A stretch of DNA of 63,257 nucleotides from Thelocarpon superellum (GCA_026025795.1 JAPEUG010000058.1:1-63257), one strand, 5' to 3'. Shown: positions 39,247-52,837, counted from the first letter of the stretch. The notes: generated from the sequence alone by a model not told the origin. Program-made: numbers and translations.

Positions 39247-40985
39247 ATGTCTCAAGAGCATGAAGCAGCGGGGGCTCCCCAGGGGAACAGAGCAAAATGG
39301 TGAGTCTTCCGCCCATGTCCTTCCTTGGCTGACCCTCATGCTCTCCCAGGAAATACCTGGACAAGGTCCTCACCCGTGCCGGACCCTTTTCAGATCCCGA
39401 CTGGACACCCGGTCAAGAGACGGTTCACTTTCTAGAGAGCTCGAAAGTCCTGTATGTCGGTCATGGCCTGAAACCCTCAGATGGCCTGAAAGCCTGAGCT
39501 CAGCTGATCTCCACCAGTGTCATGTAGGTTCACGTCTCGGCGATTCATGCACATATTAACACTGGATAGAGGGGCTGGCGGACTGGGATGCGAGATTCTG
39601 AAGAACCTGGCTCTCTCAGGATTCAAGCACATTCACGTCATCGACATGGGTATGTGAAATAGGAGGAGGGCCATGTTGGCACTGATCTTTCTCCAGACAC
39701 AATTGATGTCTCGAATCTGAACCGCCAATTCCTCTTCCGCCACGAAGATGTCGGCAAGCCCAAGGCCGAAGTGGCCGCCAAATTTGTGGAGAAGAGAGTC
39801 CAAGGCGTCACCATCACCCCCTACTACGGTGCAATCCAAGACAAGGACGAGGAATACTATCTGCAATTCACCATGATCATCTGCGGACTCGACAGCATCG
39901 AAGCTCGCCGGTGGATCAACGCCACGCTGGTGGACATGGTGGATGCCGAGAACGCCGAAAGTCTCAAGCCGTTGATCGATGGTGGCACAGAAGGTGGGTA
40001 TCATTTCTGCTAATCTCCCCGCATCACCGGGCATGCGATCTTTCCTGATCTTCCCTAGGCTTCAAAGGCCAATGCAGGGTCATTCTCCCCACCATGACCT
40101 CATGCATCGAGTGCCAACTAGACATGCACGCTCCCCGAGCCGCGGTGCCTCTCTGTACATTGGCCACGATTCCCCGACAGCCACAACACTGCATCGAATG
40201 GGCGCATATCATCGCATGGGAAGAGGAGCGGAAGGGTTAGCCAGCTGCCCGCGCCTGCGCCCTTTCCACCGTGACTAACAAGCCACGACAGATGATGTGT
40301 TGGACACCGACGACCCCGAGCATATCAGCTGGCTGTACCAAAAAGCACTGGCGCGGGCCCAACAGTTCAAGATCCCGGGGGTGACGTACTCGCTGACGCA
40401 GGGCGTGGTGAAGAACATCATTCCAGCCATCGCATCCACCAACGCTATCATCGCCGCCAGCTGCTGCAACGAGGCATTCAAGCTCGCCACGACCAGCAAC
40501 CCCTACTTGACCAACTACATGATGTATACTGGCGACGACGCCATCTACACCTACACCTTTGAGCACCAGCGCAAGCCCGACTGCCCTGTCTGCGGCAACG
40601 TGGCCCAGAAGCTGGATGTCGACAAGAGATGGACCGTTGCCGAGTTCATGGACCGGTTGGCCGAGCGAGCCGAAGCGTGAGACATCCCCGCTTCTTCCCC
40701 TACCTGTGGAACATGGACCGCAGAGATCCACCGTTGAAGAAAGTGGGAGCTGAGTGGAGAAACATTCAAGCTGATATACTCATCTTACGGCGCAGACAAG
40801 TCAAGAAACCGAGTCTCAGAACAGAGAAGACATCGCTATACTACCAAGCGCCGCCGCAGCTGGAGGAGCAGACGCGCCCAAACCTGTCCAAGCTCCTCTC
40901 TGACCTTGTTGCGGATGGAGAGGAGATTGCCGTTTCCGATGCCGCGTTTCCTTTTACCTTGCGCTTTCGCGTCCGGTTCGTCTAG
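39247..40985 (+). CDS. UBA3: NEDD8-activating enzyme E1 catalytic subunit Uba3, 8 exons including a 6-nt microexon
   Basis: [46 protein letters not shown], catalytic [19 protein letters not shown] and [12 protein letters not shown]. Confidence 0.95.
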
Positions 40986-41020
40986 TTGCTAGAAGGCCTG
41001 GCAAGAGGCCTTGAGGTGTG

Positions 41021-41040
41021 GTGAGGTGAGGTGAGGTGAG
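41021..41040. repeat. Pentanucleotide repeat (GTGAG)4 in 3' UTR region
   Basis: Directly visible. Confidence 0.8.
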
Positions 41041-41234
41041 GTAGGCTAGCGCAACTGCGTGCTGCTATGCTGTGTTATGCCTTGACATGACATGACATGA
41101 CGAATGGAGGGTTGAAGATGAAGATGAAGATGGAGTCTAGGCTATCGCAAACACTTTACATCTTGCCCCCCTCTTTTCGCTCTCTCTTTCGGGCTCACAC
41201 GGTCCCATAGACACCCCCCAAATGACACTCCCCC

Positions 41235-42724
41235 CTATCGATCGACCTCCCCAAACACCAGATCCATCGTGCCGATGATGGCCACGGCATCGGCCAGGAG
41301 ATGACCGCGCGAGATCTGATCGAAGCTGCCGAGATGCGCAAAACCCGGGGCGCGGATCTTGCATCGGTACGGACGCTCGCTGCCGTCGCTGACCACAAAG
41401 ACGCCCATCTCTCCCTTGGGCGCCTCGATGGCCGAATACGTCTCACCCGGCGGCACCGGGTAGCCTTTGGTAAAGAGGAGGAAATGGTGGATCAGCGCCT
41501 CCATGTTCTCCTTCATGGCCGCGCGCGGCGGCGGCGAGATCTTGTAGTCTTCCACCCGCACCGGACCCGGCGGCATCTTGTTGAGACATTGGTGGATGAT
41601 GCGCAGACTCTGCCGGAACTCTTCCATCCGGCAGAGGTATCGGTCGTAGCAGTCGCCGTTGACGCCGACCGGCACGTCGAATTCCACCTGGTCATACGCG
41701 TCGTACGGCTGGCTCTTGCGTACGTCCCAGGGCACACCGCTGCCTCGAAGCATCACCCCGGTAAAGGAATAGTTGAGCGCGTCGGCGGCCGAGACCACCC
41801 CGACGCCTTGCGTCCGACCCTTCCAGATGCGGTTGTCCGTCAGAAGTTCCTCCGTCTCGTCGATCCGGTCGCCAAACTGTGTCGCCCATTGATAGATGTC
41901 GTCGAGGAGACCCAAGGGCAGATCCTGGTGCACCCCGCCGGGTCGGACATAGGCCGCGTGCAGCCGTGCGCCGGACACTCGCTCGTAGAATTCCTGCTGC
42001 CGGTTAGAACCAGGCAAGAGTCATGGGCTTGGTGCCAAGTGGACGAGAGCCTCACCATCAACTTCTCTCGCTCCTCAAATCCCCACAAGAACGGCGTCAG
42101 CGCCCCCACATCCATGGCATGCGACAGCACCGACATGAGGTGGTTCAGCACCCGCGTAATCTCCCCGAACAGGGTCCGGATCCACTTGGCTCGCTCGGGA
42201 ATCTCAATGTTCAGCAACTTCTCCACCGCCAGCGAGAAGCATTGCTCATTGGTCATCATCGACACGTAGTCGAGGCGGTCGAAGTAGGGTAACGCCTGGA
42301 GGTAGGTTTTGTACTCGATCAACTTCTCCGTGCCTCGATGCAGCAGCCCGACGTGGGGGTCCGCGCGCACAATCTCCTCGCCGTTCAACTCCAGAATCAA
42401 CCGCAGCACACCGTGAGCCGCGGGATGTTGAGGCCCGAAGTTGACGGTGTAGTGTCGGATCTTGCGGTTCTCCACGTGCGAATCATCGAGATTCGAGTCG
42501 GGTGTGACGTTCATCGACGACGGGTCATCTTTATTGGTGGGATGCCCGAAGTTCTCATCCACCGGGACAAGCTTGGTGCCTTCGTAGGGCTCGGCGTACG
42601 CTCGCGGCACCGATGTTGTGAGGCCCCGGGCGAGATGACCGCGGAGCGCGCTTCGAGACGTCGCCGGCCACTGACAGAGCCTCTTGGCACCGTGGCCTGC
42701 CAGGCGGACGAAAGGGAAGGCCAT
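41235..42724 (-). CDS. NDUFS2: NADH:ubiquinone oxidoreductase 49-kDa subunit (complex I), 2 exons
   Basis: Mitochondrial presequence; [37 protein letters not shown] and C-terminal DLVFGEVDR. Confidence 0.97.
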
Positions 42725-43044
42725 GATTGGAGGCGTCCAGCCACGCTATCGAACTCACCAAACGAGCTCCAATAACAAATATGACATTGGAGGTAGCGAC
42801 GAGACGAGATGGAAATGTCGCCTTGGAATCTGCCATCCAGATGGTGAGGTCGACGATTGCTTTAGCGCAAATGCAGCAGCCGATGGTCCTTACATAAGCC
42901 TCCTCCTTCAACAACACGGTGATTGGCCACCCAAAAAAGGTATTGCCGTCCCACAACCGGCCTGGTACCTGCAGGTGGTGGAAACTTCGCAACGCAGACG
43001 AGAGAGTGACGGTTCACTGCGCTCCAGAGGTCCAAAACGGGAGG

Positions 43045-44331
43045 ATGGGTGTCCAGGCCTCGCCGGAGGCTTTAGAGGAGCGTCGGGTAACTGGCCTCGA
43101 GCATGCTTGGTCAGGCCGCAACTGACGAGAACGGGACGTAGATGGTTGGGGTCAATGCTGAGACCGTCACCAACGTTACCTCGACCGATTTTCCCGGCCA
43201 CTATCCCGGCGAAGATCATGCCTGGAGTCTAGCAAAATTCAAAAAGGTCGGCGCTCCCGTCTCACGTCGCCTCCGTACAGCTGACGGGCCGGCAGAATTT
43301 CCACGTTCAGTTCCACGACGCCTCCGACCCGCTCGACTGCTCCTTCTCCTTGATCGGTATCGATGCCTCCATTGCCAACGCCTTCCGACGCATCCTCCTT
43401 GCCGAGATTCCGACGCTGGCCATCGAATATGTCTTTGTGCACATCAATACGTCCATCGTGCAGGACGAAGTCTTGTCCCACCGGCTCGGACTCGTGCCGT
43501 TGAAAGGGAACAAGGACGGGCTCAACTGGATGAAGTGGTTCAAAAAGCCGACCGAGGACGACCCCGAGGGATCCGCACCCACCGACATCAATACCGTCAT
43601 CTTGCGCTTGGAAGTGGACTGCACCTACAATGCCGAGGCCAAGAAGGGGGAGACGGACCCACTGAAGCTATACCACAATGCACACGGTACCGGGCCTGAT
43701 CCGCTGACCATGTCATGTCGGGGGTTGCTAATGGGGGAGGGCAGTGTACGCATCGTCCTTGACCTTTCACCCAGCCGGCCGCCAGACCGAATTTTTCACT
43801 GGTCCAGGCAAGGAGATCTGCCCGGTGAACCCATCGATCCTGCTGGCAAAACTGCGGCCGGAGCAGAAGATCCACCTCGAAATGCACTGCATCAAGGGCA
43901 TCGGTGCTGACCACGCCAAGTTCTCCCCTGTCGCCACCGCCTCCTACCGGCTCCTGCCGACCATCACCATCACGCAGCCCATCCTGGGCAAGGATGCCGA
44001 CAAGTTCGCCCGCTGCTTTCCCAAAGGAGTCATCGCTCTGGAGACGGTGACGCGCGATGAGGCGGCCATGAGCGGGAGCGCCTATGAGGGCCAGGAGGGA
44101 GTCAAAAAGGCCGTGGTACGCGATACGCTCCGGGACACCGTCAGCCGCGAGTGTCTCCGGCATGAGGAGTTCCGGGGCAAGGTCCAGCTCGGGCGGGTGC
44201 GCGATCACTTCATCTTCTCCATCGAGAGCACGGGACAGTTTGATAGCGACGAGCTCTTCATCGAGAGCGTGAAGGTGCTGAAAGTCAAATGCGAGCGTCT
44301 AAAGCGGAGCTTGGTCAACATGGTGCGGTGA
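43045..44331 (+). CDS. RPC40: RNA polymerase I/III shared subunit AC40, 4 exons
   Basis: [83 protein letters not shown]. Confidence 0.95.
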
Positions 44332-44412
44332 GCTCGGAGGCATGGTGGGCGATGCAACGGCGACAGTCATGAGAGGGGACGGGCGCGCGGCATTTCCGAG
44401 GCGTTCTAGAGC

Positions 44413-45063
44413 TTAGACGGTGTTGTCGTCATAGTAGAAATTGATGTTCCGTGGACTCTGCGTGTTGCGCTTCACAAAGTCCTCGTCAAAGGGCGGCCGT
44501 TCGTTCTTGGAGTTGCCCGTCAACATGCTCTGGATGCTCATGCAGATGCTCTCCACATTCTGCACCGGGCTCCACCCCTGTGTCCCCAGCAGATCGAGAC
44601 AGATGATGCCGTTGGAGTAGATGTGCGGATGGATGGGAATCGGCCGTTCCGGCGTCTGGACAAAAGTGACCTCTGGCGCTTCTATCGGGGCCAACGCACG
44701 GTCAGTCCGGTCCGGCGCCGCGGGGACGGGCGACACGCACCGATGGGATAGTTGTTGCTAAAGGCGAACTTCAGGCGATATGTCTTGTTGTGGTAGAGGG
44801 GGTTGTCGTCGAGCACCTTGATGTCCATGAGCCATTCTTTGAGATTGTCCGCCGAAGCGATGGTGATGCCCGGCGGGAGGTGTTCGTGGATCTGCCAACC
44901 ACGTTAGCCGGCCAGTCACGGTGGCGGCGTCGGCGGACGGCGAATGCACGCGGGTACCTTGGCGAGCTCCTACTCGCAGGTCTTCGTCAGCTGAGCTGCC
45001 CAGGAGAAATCGCGTGGAGCGTGATGGTCGCCTCACCTTGGACAATCGCTTGGTTGCGAACAT
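44413..45063 (-). CDS. Ubiquitin-conjugating enzyme E2, UBE2W-like, 4 exons
   Basis: MFATKRLSK|ELAK|IHEHLPPGI...YPI|EAPEVTF...HPHIYSNGIICLDLL. HPH (rather than HPN) is typical of UBE2W; C-terminus FYYDDNTV. Confidence 0.88.
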
Positions 45064-46221
45064 CTCCGTCACGCGGGCCACACAGCAGGGCCGTGCACCC
45101 GGGCCACACAGTCCCCGAGAGGTCGCGCGAGACGGAGCGGGCAATGATCCGTCGCTATGCAAAGAGGCTGAGTGTCCTGGGGAGCCCAAAGGAATCGACT
45201 GCAGCGTCCAAGATATCAACCTCCGAGGCGGCTAATGGAACGAACGGGACCAGCGGATAAGGTGGAGTACGGGGCTTCGCCCCCGGTAGTCGCGCTTGCC
45301 CGTATGTGAATCACATGCAGACGCGCCAGTCCCGGTACGAGTATCGCTTGAGCTGCGATTCGCTCGCGGAGGGGTCCCGGACAGCACCACTGGTTCGATG
45401 GGACAACGGTCAGCAGGAATGCTCCGTGCCTGACGGGTAGGACGAACCTCCGACAAGTAGTCGTGTGCGAGTACGAGTGCGAGTACGAGTGCTCGTTCAG
45501 CCACACACGTTCCAACTGACTACTATTCAGTTGGAAGTAGTAGTCCTCGCAGATGAGCGAGACGTCCCTGGGATCTTCTTGGCGTACCCTGGTGATGCCA
45601 CTACGGCGGGGTGTCCGGGGCGGTAGTCCCAGTAGTAACATACTGAGCGGGTCGGACGCACACGCGAGTCAGCTACTCGAGACCCTTTCCCTTCGTAGCA
45701 AACGAGCCGTGGCTATCGCTGCGGCGGCTGACTCCAGACCCCTCCACGGACCCCTCCACTTCAGCCTTGTCGCCCGCTACATCGTGCCATCCGCTCTTCT
45801 GCGCTCCTCTCCTTCCACCCGCCGATTCCTACGTTTCTGGTCATCGCGAAGCGCCGCGATTGACGTCCCTCGACACTCCGCCACAGTCGTCATTGCGGCG
45901 TCGGATCTTTTGTCGAGCACCGCCCGGCCGTGCAGTGGTCACCGTGCCCGCATTGCCCCTCGTCGAGCCGCGCGCTATCGTCGCCAAAACGAGCCCCGCG
46001 AACGGCCGAATCCGCGGCTTGCAGCGCCTCGCTCTGCACGGCAGCCTACGGCTCGTAACCTTGACGCACCTCATCCGTCCACGACGTCTGAAACGTCTTC
46101 GCCCACTCCGACACTGCTTTCTCATCGTCCGCCCGTCTGATCCGGGTTGCCTGACTCCCATCGTGCCATTTGATCCCAACGACCGTCGCGAGTGGATGAC
46201 GGCCACGACGGTGTCGCCGAT

Positions 46222-47822
<1,601 letters not shown>

Positions 47823-48295
47823 GGCCTGCTGTGGTCTTGGTGGGCGAGCGAGAGCGAGTACGGCGCCGTGATGATGCCTTTTGATGTCCTTATACCTTTA
47901 TGCAGCAAGAAGAGAAAAGGTCATCCACGACCTTGATGAGATGCGAAGAGTCTCCGTGCGTAGCGACAGGGAACGATGGAAGCCGTGCGTTTGTTCAGGG
48001 CAAGGGTCATGATTGAACGTTTGATTCGAGGTTCCCGCCACATCGACCTTGACTTCCCCGTGGACTCGCACATACGAGTATGGGTACGTAGTAGTGGAGC
48101 AGTGCTTCCTGGGAGATGCGCCGAGCCCTTGACGGCCAGCAACGTCGGGTAAACATCTACCATTCCTGCTATAGCACGTCCCCGTAAGCTCCGCGAATAT
48201 GGTATGCATACGGATAACCAACGCTGCATTGCTAAATATGCTTCAACGAGAACAAAGAACAATGGACCCGCGCTATGCTCACTCACTCCCAATCT

Positions 48296-49237
48296 CTACG
48301 TGTTCGAATTGAATTCACATACCTGGGCAGCCGGGTGGCCCTCGATTTGGAGGAGGTAGGCGGGCATGTTGCGGAAGTCGATCACGACACAGCTACCATC
48401 CGCCTTGTCCGCCGTCACGAACGGCCCATTGGTGCCGGACAGTCCGTAACGGTCTCCAAAGACCATAGAATCCTTGCTGTCGGGGTATCGCGCGGCCAGG
48501 CCCAGCGCCACTCGGAACAGGGGCGCGTAGGCGTAGTCGACGGCGGGATCAACGGTGCCGTCAACGCCAACGCCTCCTGCATCCTGCAACCGCCGTACGT
48601 TCTCGCCATTGCTGTCTCCAGGCCGGACCAGGGTGACCTTGTTGCGCCCGCTGGGCAGAACTGCGTTATGCATCAGTATGAGAAGCTCGGTACTAAAGTA
48701 CGAGGCAGCGGACGATACGACACCACGGTCGCCGGCGAGGCGAGGCCTGCCTGTGGGTTGACACAGCCTCGATTCAAGATGCCGGCGTATTGGTATGGCT
48801 CCACTGTGCCGGAAAGCCTTAACATGGAGTTGGAACCGAAGCCGCCGTAGTGATTACTGGCCATTCCGATCATATGATCCGACATCGTCGCCCAAGACGC
48901 GGTAGTGACCCGAGCTAGGTAGAGCGTCAGCTGCTTCGTGACTGGGCGCCCGTGTCGAGCTGAGAGGAAATCACATACCAGCCATCAGGGCTTACCCAAA
49001 GTCCACTTGGCTATTGAACCCCATCGTTCTTTGCGGATCCTGGAAACGGAGGAGGCAATCGTTCGATTGCACGATATCGAAGCCTTGGCCGGCGGTGCAG
49101 GGATTCAGCTGCGGGATCTTTTGGCCTTGGGCATTTTCATCAGTCCCAGTTCCCGTCTATGTACAGGGGACCGCAGCAACACGCGCGACGAGAGCGGTGG
49201 CGACCCAGACAGGGATCGAGAAGAGCGAGAGCGCTAT
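48296..49237 (-). pseudogene. Disrupted (or editing-dependent) 3-exon secreted-protein gene: ATA start, in-frame TAG and TAA
   Basis: Exons 49237-48979, 48914-48714 and 48660-48296 join in one frame (825 nt) through GT-AG introns of 64 and 53 nt; signal-peptide-like N-terminus; lesions at 49237-49235 (ATA), 49159-49157 (TAG) and 48994-48992 (TAA). The 3' end is uncertain. Confidence 0.65.
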
Positions 49238-50498
49238 GGTCGACGCGTGATGCCGGGGAAGGCGGACGGAGAGTGTCTTCCAAGCGGGGGACCAACGACA
49301 GAGAGATCAATGGCAACGAGCGTCGCTCATCCAGATGATACGAGCAGACTTTGACTCAACCCGGCGTCGAACAAGCACGAGTCTTGGTAAGTCTCCTCGT
49401 GCAGCTTGCGGAAATACGCCGAGGCCAAAGCCGAGGTCAAGGCCAATCTTGAGTAACCAACGGCCACGCGGCTCTCAGGCTGCGCTCATCATCGGGTATG
49501 ACCATGATGACAGCTGGGGCCGTTTCACGAAAACAATCTCTCCAGATGGCTATCTCGTAAGGCCGGGAGCTTGAGCGGGCTCAATCAAGCCGGGGCTGAG
49601 CTGCGCACAGCGGCTATCGTACCCGGACTGAGCCAGCGATTCCCTTTGTGGTAGCGAGAGAAACCCCTGGCCCCGGCCCCCGAGGATCCCCGATTATTAC
49701 GAGGACAAGCCGGGTAGGGGACCTGCGATTGCCTGTTTCGCACCCGGCATTAGTTGGGTGGGGGACCAAAGCCCGTTGGACCAGAGGTGCTTGAACTAGC
49801 TGGGGCCGCGGTCGATCTCCAGCCTTTCCCGCTAACTAGCGTTACTGGGGATGAGTCGACGGACAAGAGACCCAGGGACACGTCCCTTCATTCCGCCTTG
49901 TCCAACCAAGTGGAAGACGACGGGCGGATCTCGGCCCGCCGGCAATATGGTCCTCGGATGATATCTTGGACGGCCGTTTGCCATCATGGTATGAAACCAA
50001 AATCGCCCCTAGCTTGTATCTATGTTAATCTGTTCTTTCTGGAACAACCTATCTTTTTTGGGTCCACCACTCGGTCGCCAGCCAACATCATTTTAAATGT
50101 CCCCAGTCAACGTCGTACGAGCTGATTCGACCGCGGCTTCACGACGTCTGGCCGCCCCCACGACATCGTGGCTGCGGCGAACTGGTCCTACCATCACTGC
50201 CGTTTATTTGGTATAATGAGATGTTTCAACGGGAAGCTTCGCCCGACCGCAGCCTCGGATTAATTTCCAGGTTCAGCGTCAGATGCTCATGGGGCCGGAT
50301 CTCACGAGATGGCGTGGCATCGCGGGGCTGCAATTGCCTGCGAGCATCTTCGCGGGAGCCACACAACAAATCCGTGGCCGAGATATCTAGTTTGAGGGTC
50401 CCCCCGTCTCGACGGCTCTTTCGCCATCGACTTTCGACCATCTGACTCTCTTTCTCTCATTCTGTCTTCTGGTATCCACATTGAATTCGTCGGGCATC

Positions 50499-51970
50499 AT
50501 GCATCTATCCACCTCTGTCGTCCTGATGGCACTCGCGCACGGCATGGTCGATGCATCCGTCATTGGGGGTCGTCAGGTTGCCAACACAACAGCGACGGAA
50601 ACCAAGCCGTATGCGGTGAGCGGCGTGGCGACGCCAGCCAGCACGGCGCCGAGCACAGCAACCATGCCCGTGGGCGTGGAAGACGACTGGCTGAGCAGCG
50701 CGGTCAACGACCGTGGAACCAATGTAACCTGGTTCTTGAACTGGGACGCGGCCACGGCCGCGGCCACAACCACTCCTTCCCCGCCCCAAAACACGGCTCC
50801 ACCTCAGACTTCGCCGTCATGTTTCGCCAACAGCGACGGGGTGTTGTTCGACGGGAGTCCCGCCGCATCCCCAGCGTCGTGGTGTGTCTGCGACGTTGAC
50901 AAATTCTACCCTACTATGACCGCGACAAGCGCACCCTGCGCCTACGCAACCCTGCCGGCCAGTCAGATCACTATCAAGGAGCTGGTCCCCACGGTCACAA
51001 CATCGATCACCAGCTGTCGATATGTCACGTATGGCCTGCATCTCCTCTGTCGCGTATCAGGTCGGGCAAAGCTAACCTGGCCATGTCGCACAGCGAAACC
51101 TTTGCGGCCTCGGCATCGGACGCGGTGACTGGCGTCTTCACGACGTGTACCTGCAACGACGACAACGGCTATCCGGCCACCATCGTCTCCAGTGGTGGCT
51201 CGCTAGTGCAGACCTGTCTGACGGGGTCCTTTTCGGCGCCGGCGTCGACGCCGACGACGACGACGAGACCGCCGCCGACCTCGCCCATGTCCGCTGCGGT
51301 TACGGTGCAGGCGGGGAGCGCGCCGGTTCATGTGGGCACCTTGACCGGCAGCGCGCTGTACACGTCCATCTCCAGCGCGCTGGAGCACCTCTGCCCCAGC
51401 GTCACGCAAACGACGAGCATGACGGCGTGCGAGACGGGATCCGTGACAATCGGCGACATCGACTTCAGCGACGACGGCACCCTGGGCCAAGGCGAGCTCG
51501 TGGTGGTGGTGGATAGCAGTGCGTACAATGTGTCGTCGCTCCGCGATGCCATGATCCACGCTGCTGCCCTGACGGCGCAGAACTCGGCGGTGGGGAACAA
51601 CTGCTACGAGATGGAGTACACGGTGGAGGAGCTGCGGAAGCGCGGGGCGGACAACACCACTTCCTTGGAAGTGCGGGATCACCCCCATCCTGTGGAAGAG
51701 AAGATGACGGTGTGCAACGTGGCGCAGTTCGCGGGGGTCCAGTACTTCAACCCGTACTGGCGCCTGGCGCCGCAGCCGGGGGCGTCGGACTTCATCGACG
51801 CCAGCTGGAGCTTCCAGGTGGGACCGGGGGGCGACTTCCTGTGCGACTTCTTGGCCGATCTCACCGACGCGCTCCTTGTCATCGAGCCGGAGTTTGCGGT
51901 GGAGGACGTGGAGCTGGGCGAAGAGATTCAGGCAGTTTGTCAGCAGGCCGTGGACATTGTGAACAGCTGA
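50499..51970 (+). CDS. Secreted Cys/Thr-rich protein of unknown function, 2 exons
   Basis: Signal peptide MHLSTSVVLMALAHGMVDA; Thr/Pro linkers; WCVC...PCAY and CTC modules; acidic C-terminal domain; intron 51029-51093 (GTATGG...GCTAAC...CAG). Confidence 0.85.
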
Positions 51971-52837
51971 GGTCTGCATGAAGCGGCTGGACTCGGGTCG
52001 GGGTGGGATGGGAAGGAGCGATTCGGCGTATCTCATCCATCGCCGCCGCATCAGGGTAGCACTGGGGGGTGTTTGAGCCAGCTGTTCGATAGTTGTACAT
52101 CGCCTTTACTCACGCATAGCGTCACAAGATGCGTCTCCGTTGGGCTACACAGAGATTCGCACAATTACATTACATTGCGTAAAAGACCTTCAGTGGCAGA
52201 ACAGTCCTCATATGAGCTGCTACCTCCATCTCACGACAGGGTGGGGAAAGCCAATCCGGGGGGGGTTGTCGATGGGTTGTGCAGGAGGATGGGAGAGAAC
52301 TCCACGCCACATACGTAACCGGCCCAACCTAAAGATAGTCCGGAGCCCACACGGATATTCGGTACGGGTAACGAGTGCGACGCTCATGCCAGGCCACCGT
52401 AGATAACGGCTTCTCGCGGTGGGATCCATGAAACGGGAAACGAGAAACGAAATGAAGCGAGCCATACGGGAGGACCCCCAGTAGTGCCCGCCATCGGTAT
52501 GTGCCACAACTTCCGTCCAGGTAGCGAGAGGACTCTTGCATGCCATGGCTCTAGGGCTCGTTGGCTCTTCGCTTCCACCTAGCACACGTAGGTCGTCCGC
52601 CTGTATTTCGTACCTGCCGAGGGCCTGTCGTGCTGTCGGTCTGCTTCCCCGTGTGGCCATATCCCGCCCTCACAAAGTTCGGTTTTGGAATCAGAAAACG
52701 GACAGCTTATCACAGAGCTGGCCAGACCCTCCTGGTCCTCGGTCCACCAGTAATGGGGCGCTCATGATTGTCTCGGTGTCTCCCGTGCCCCCGTCGCCCT
52801 CCCTGCCTCACCTCATCGGCGTGCGACGCGTGTCGGC

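Noticed and set aside
39452..39579. Possible stwintron (nested intron) in UBA3
   Set aside because: The 6 nt between the two introns are needed to encode conserved V-I, so it is a microexon.
45553..46140. 195-aa ORF upstream of cmkA
   Set aside because: Low-complexity translation of a C-rich promoter/5' leader with no domain evidence.
48915..48995. Alternative donor GG|GTAAGC overlapping the TAA in the disrupted gene
   Set aside because: Using it shifts exon 2 into a frame that stops after about 20 codons, whereas the GTATGT donor at 48978 preserves the long frame.
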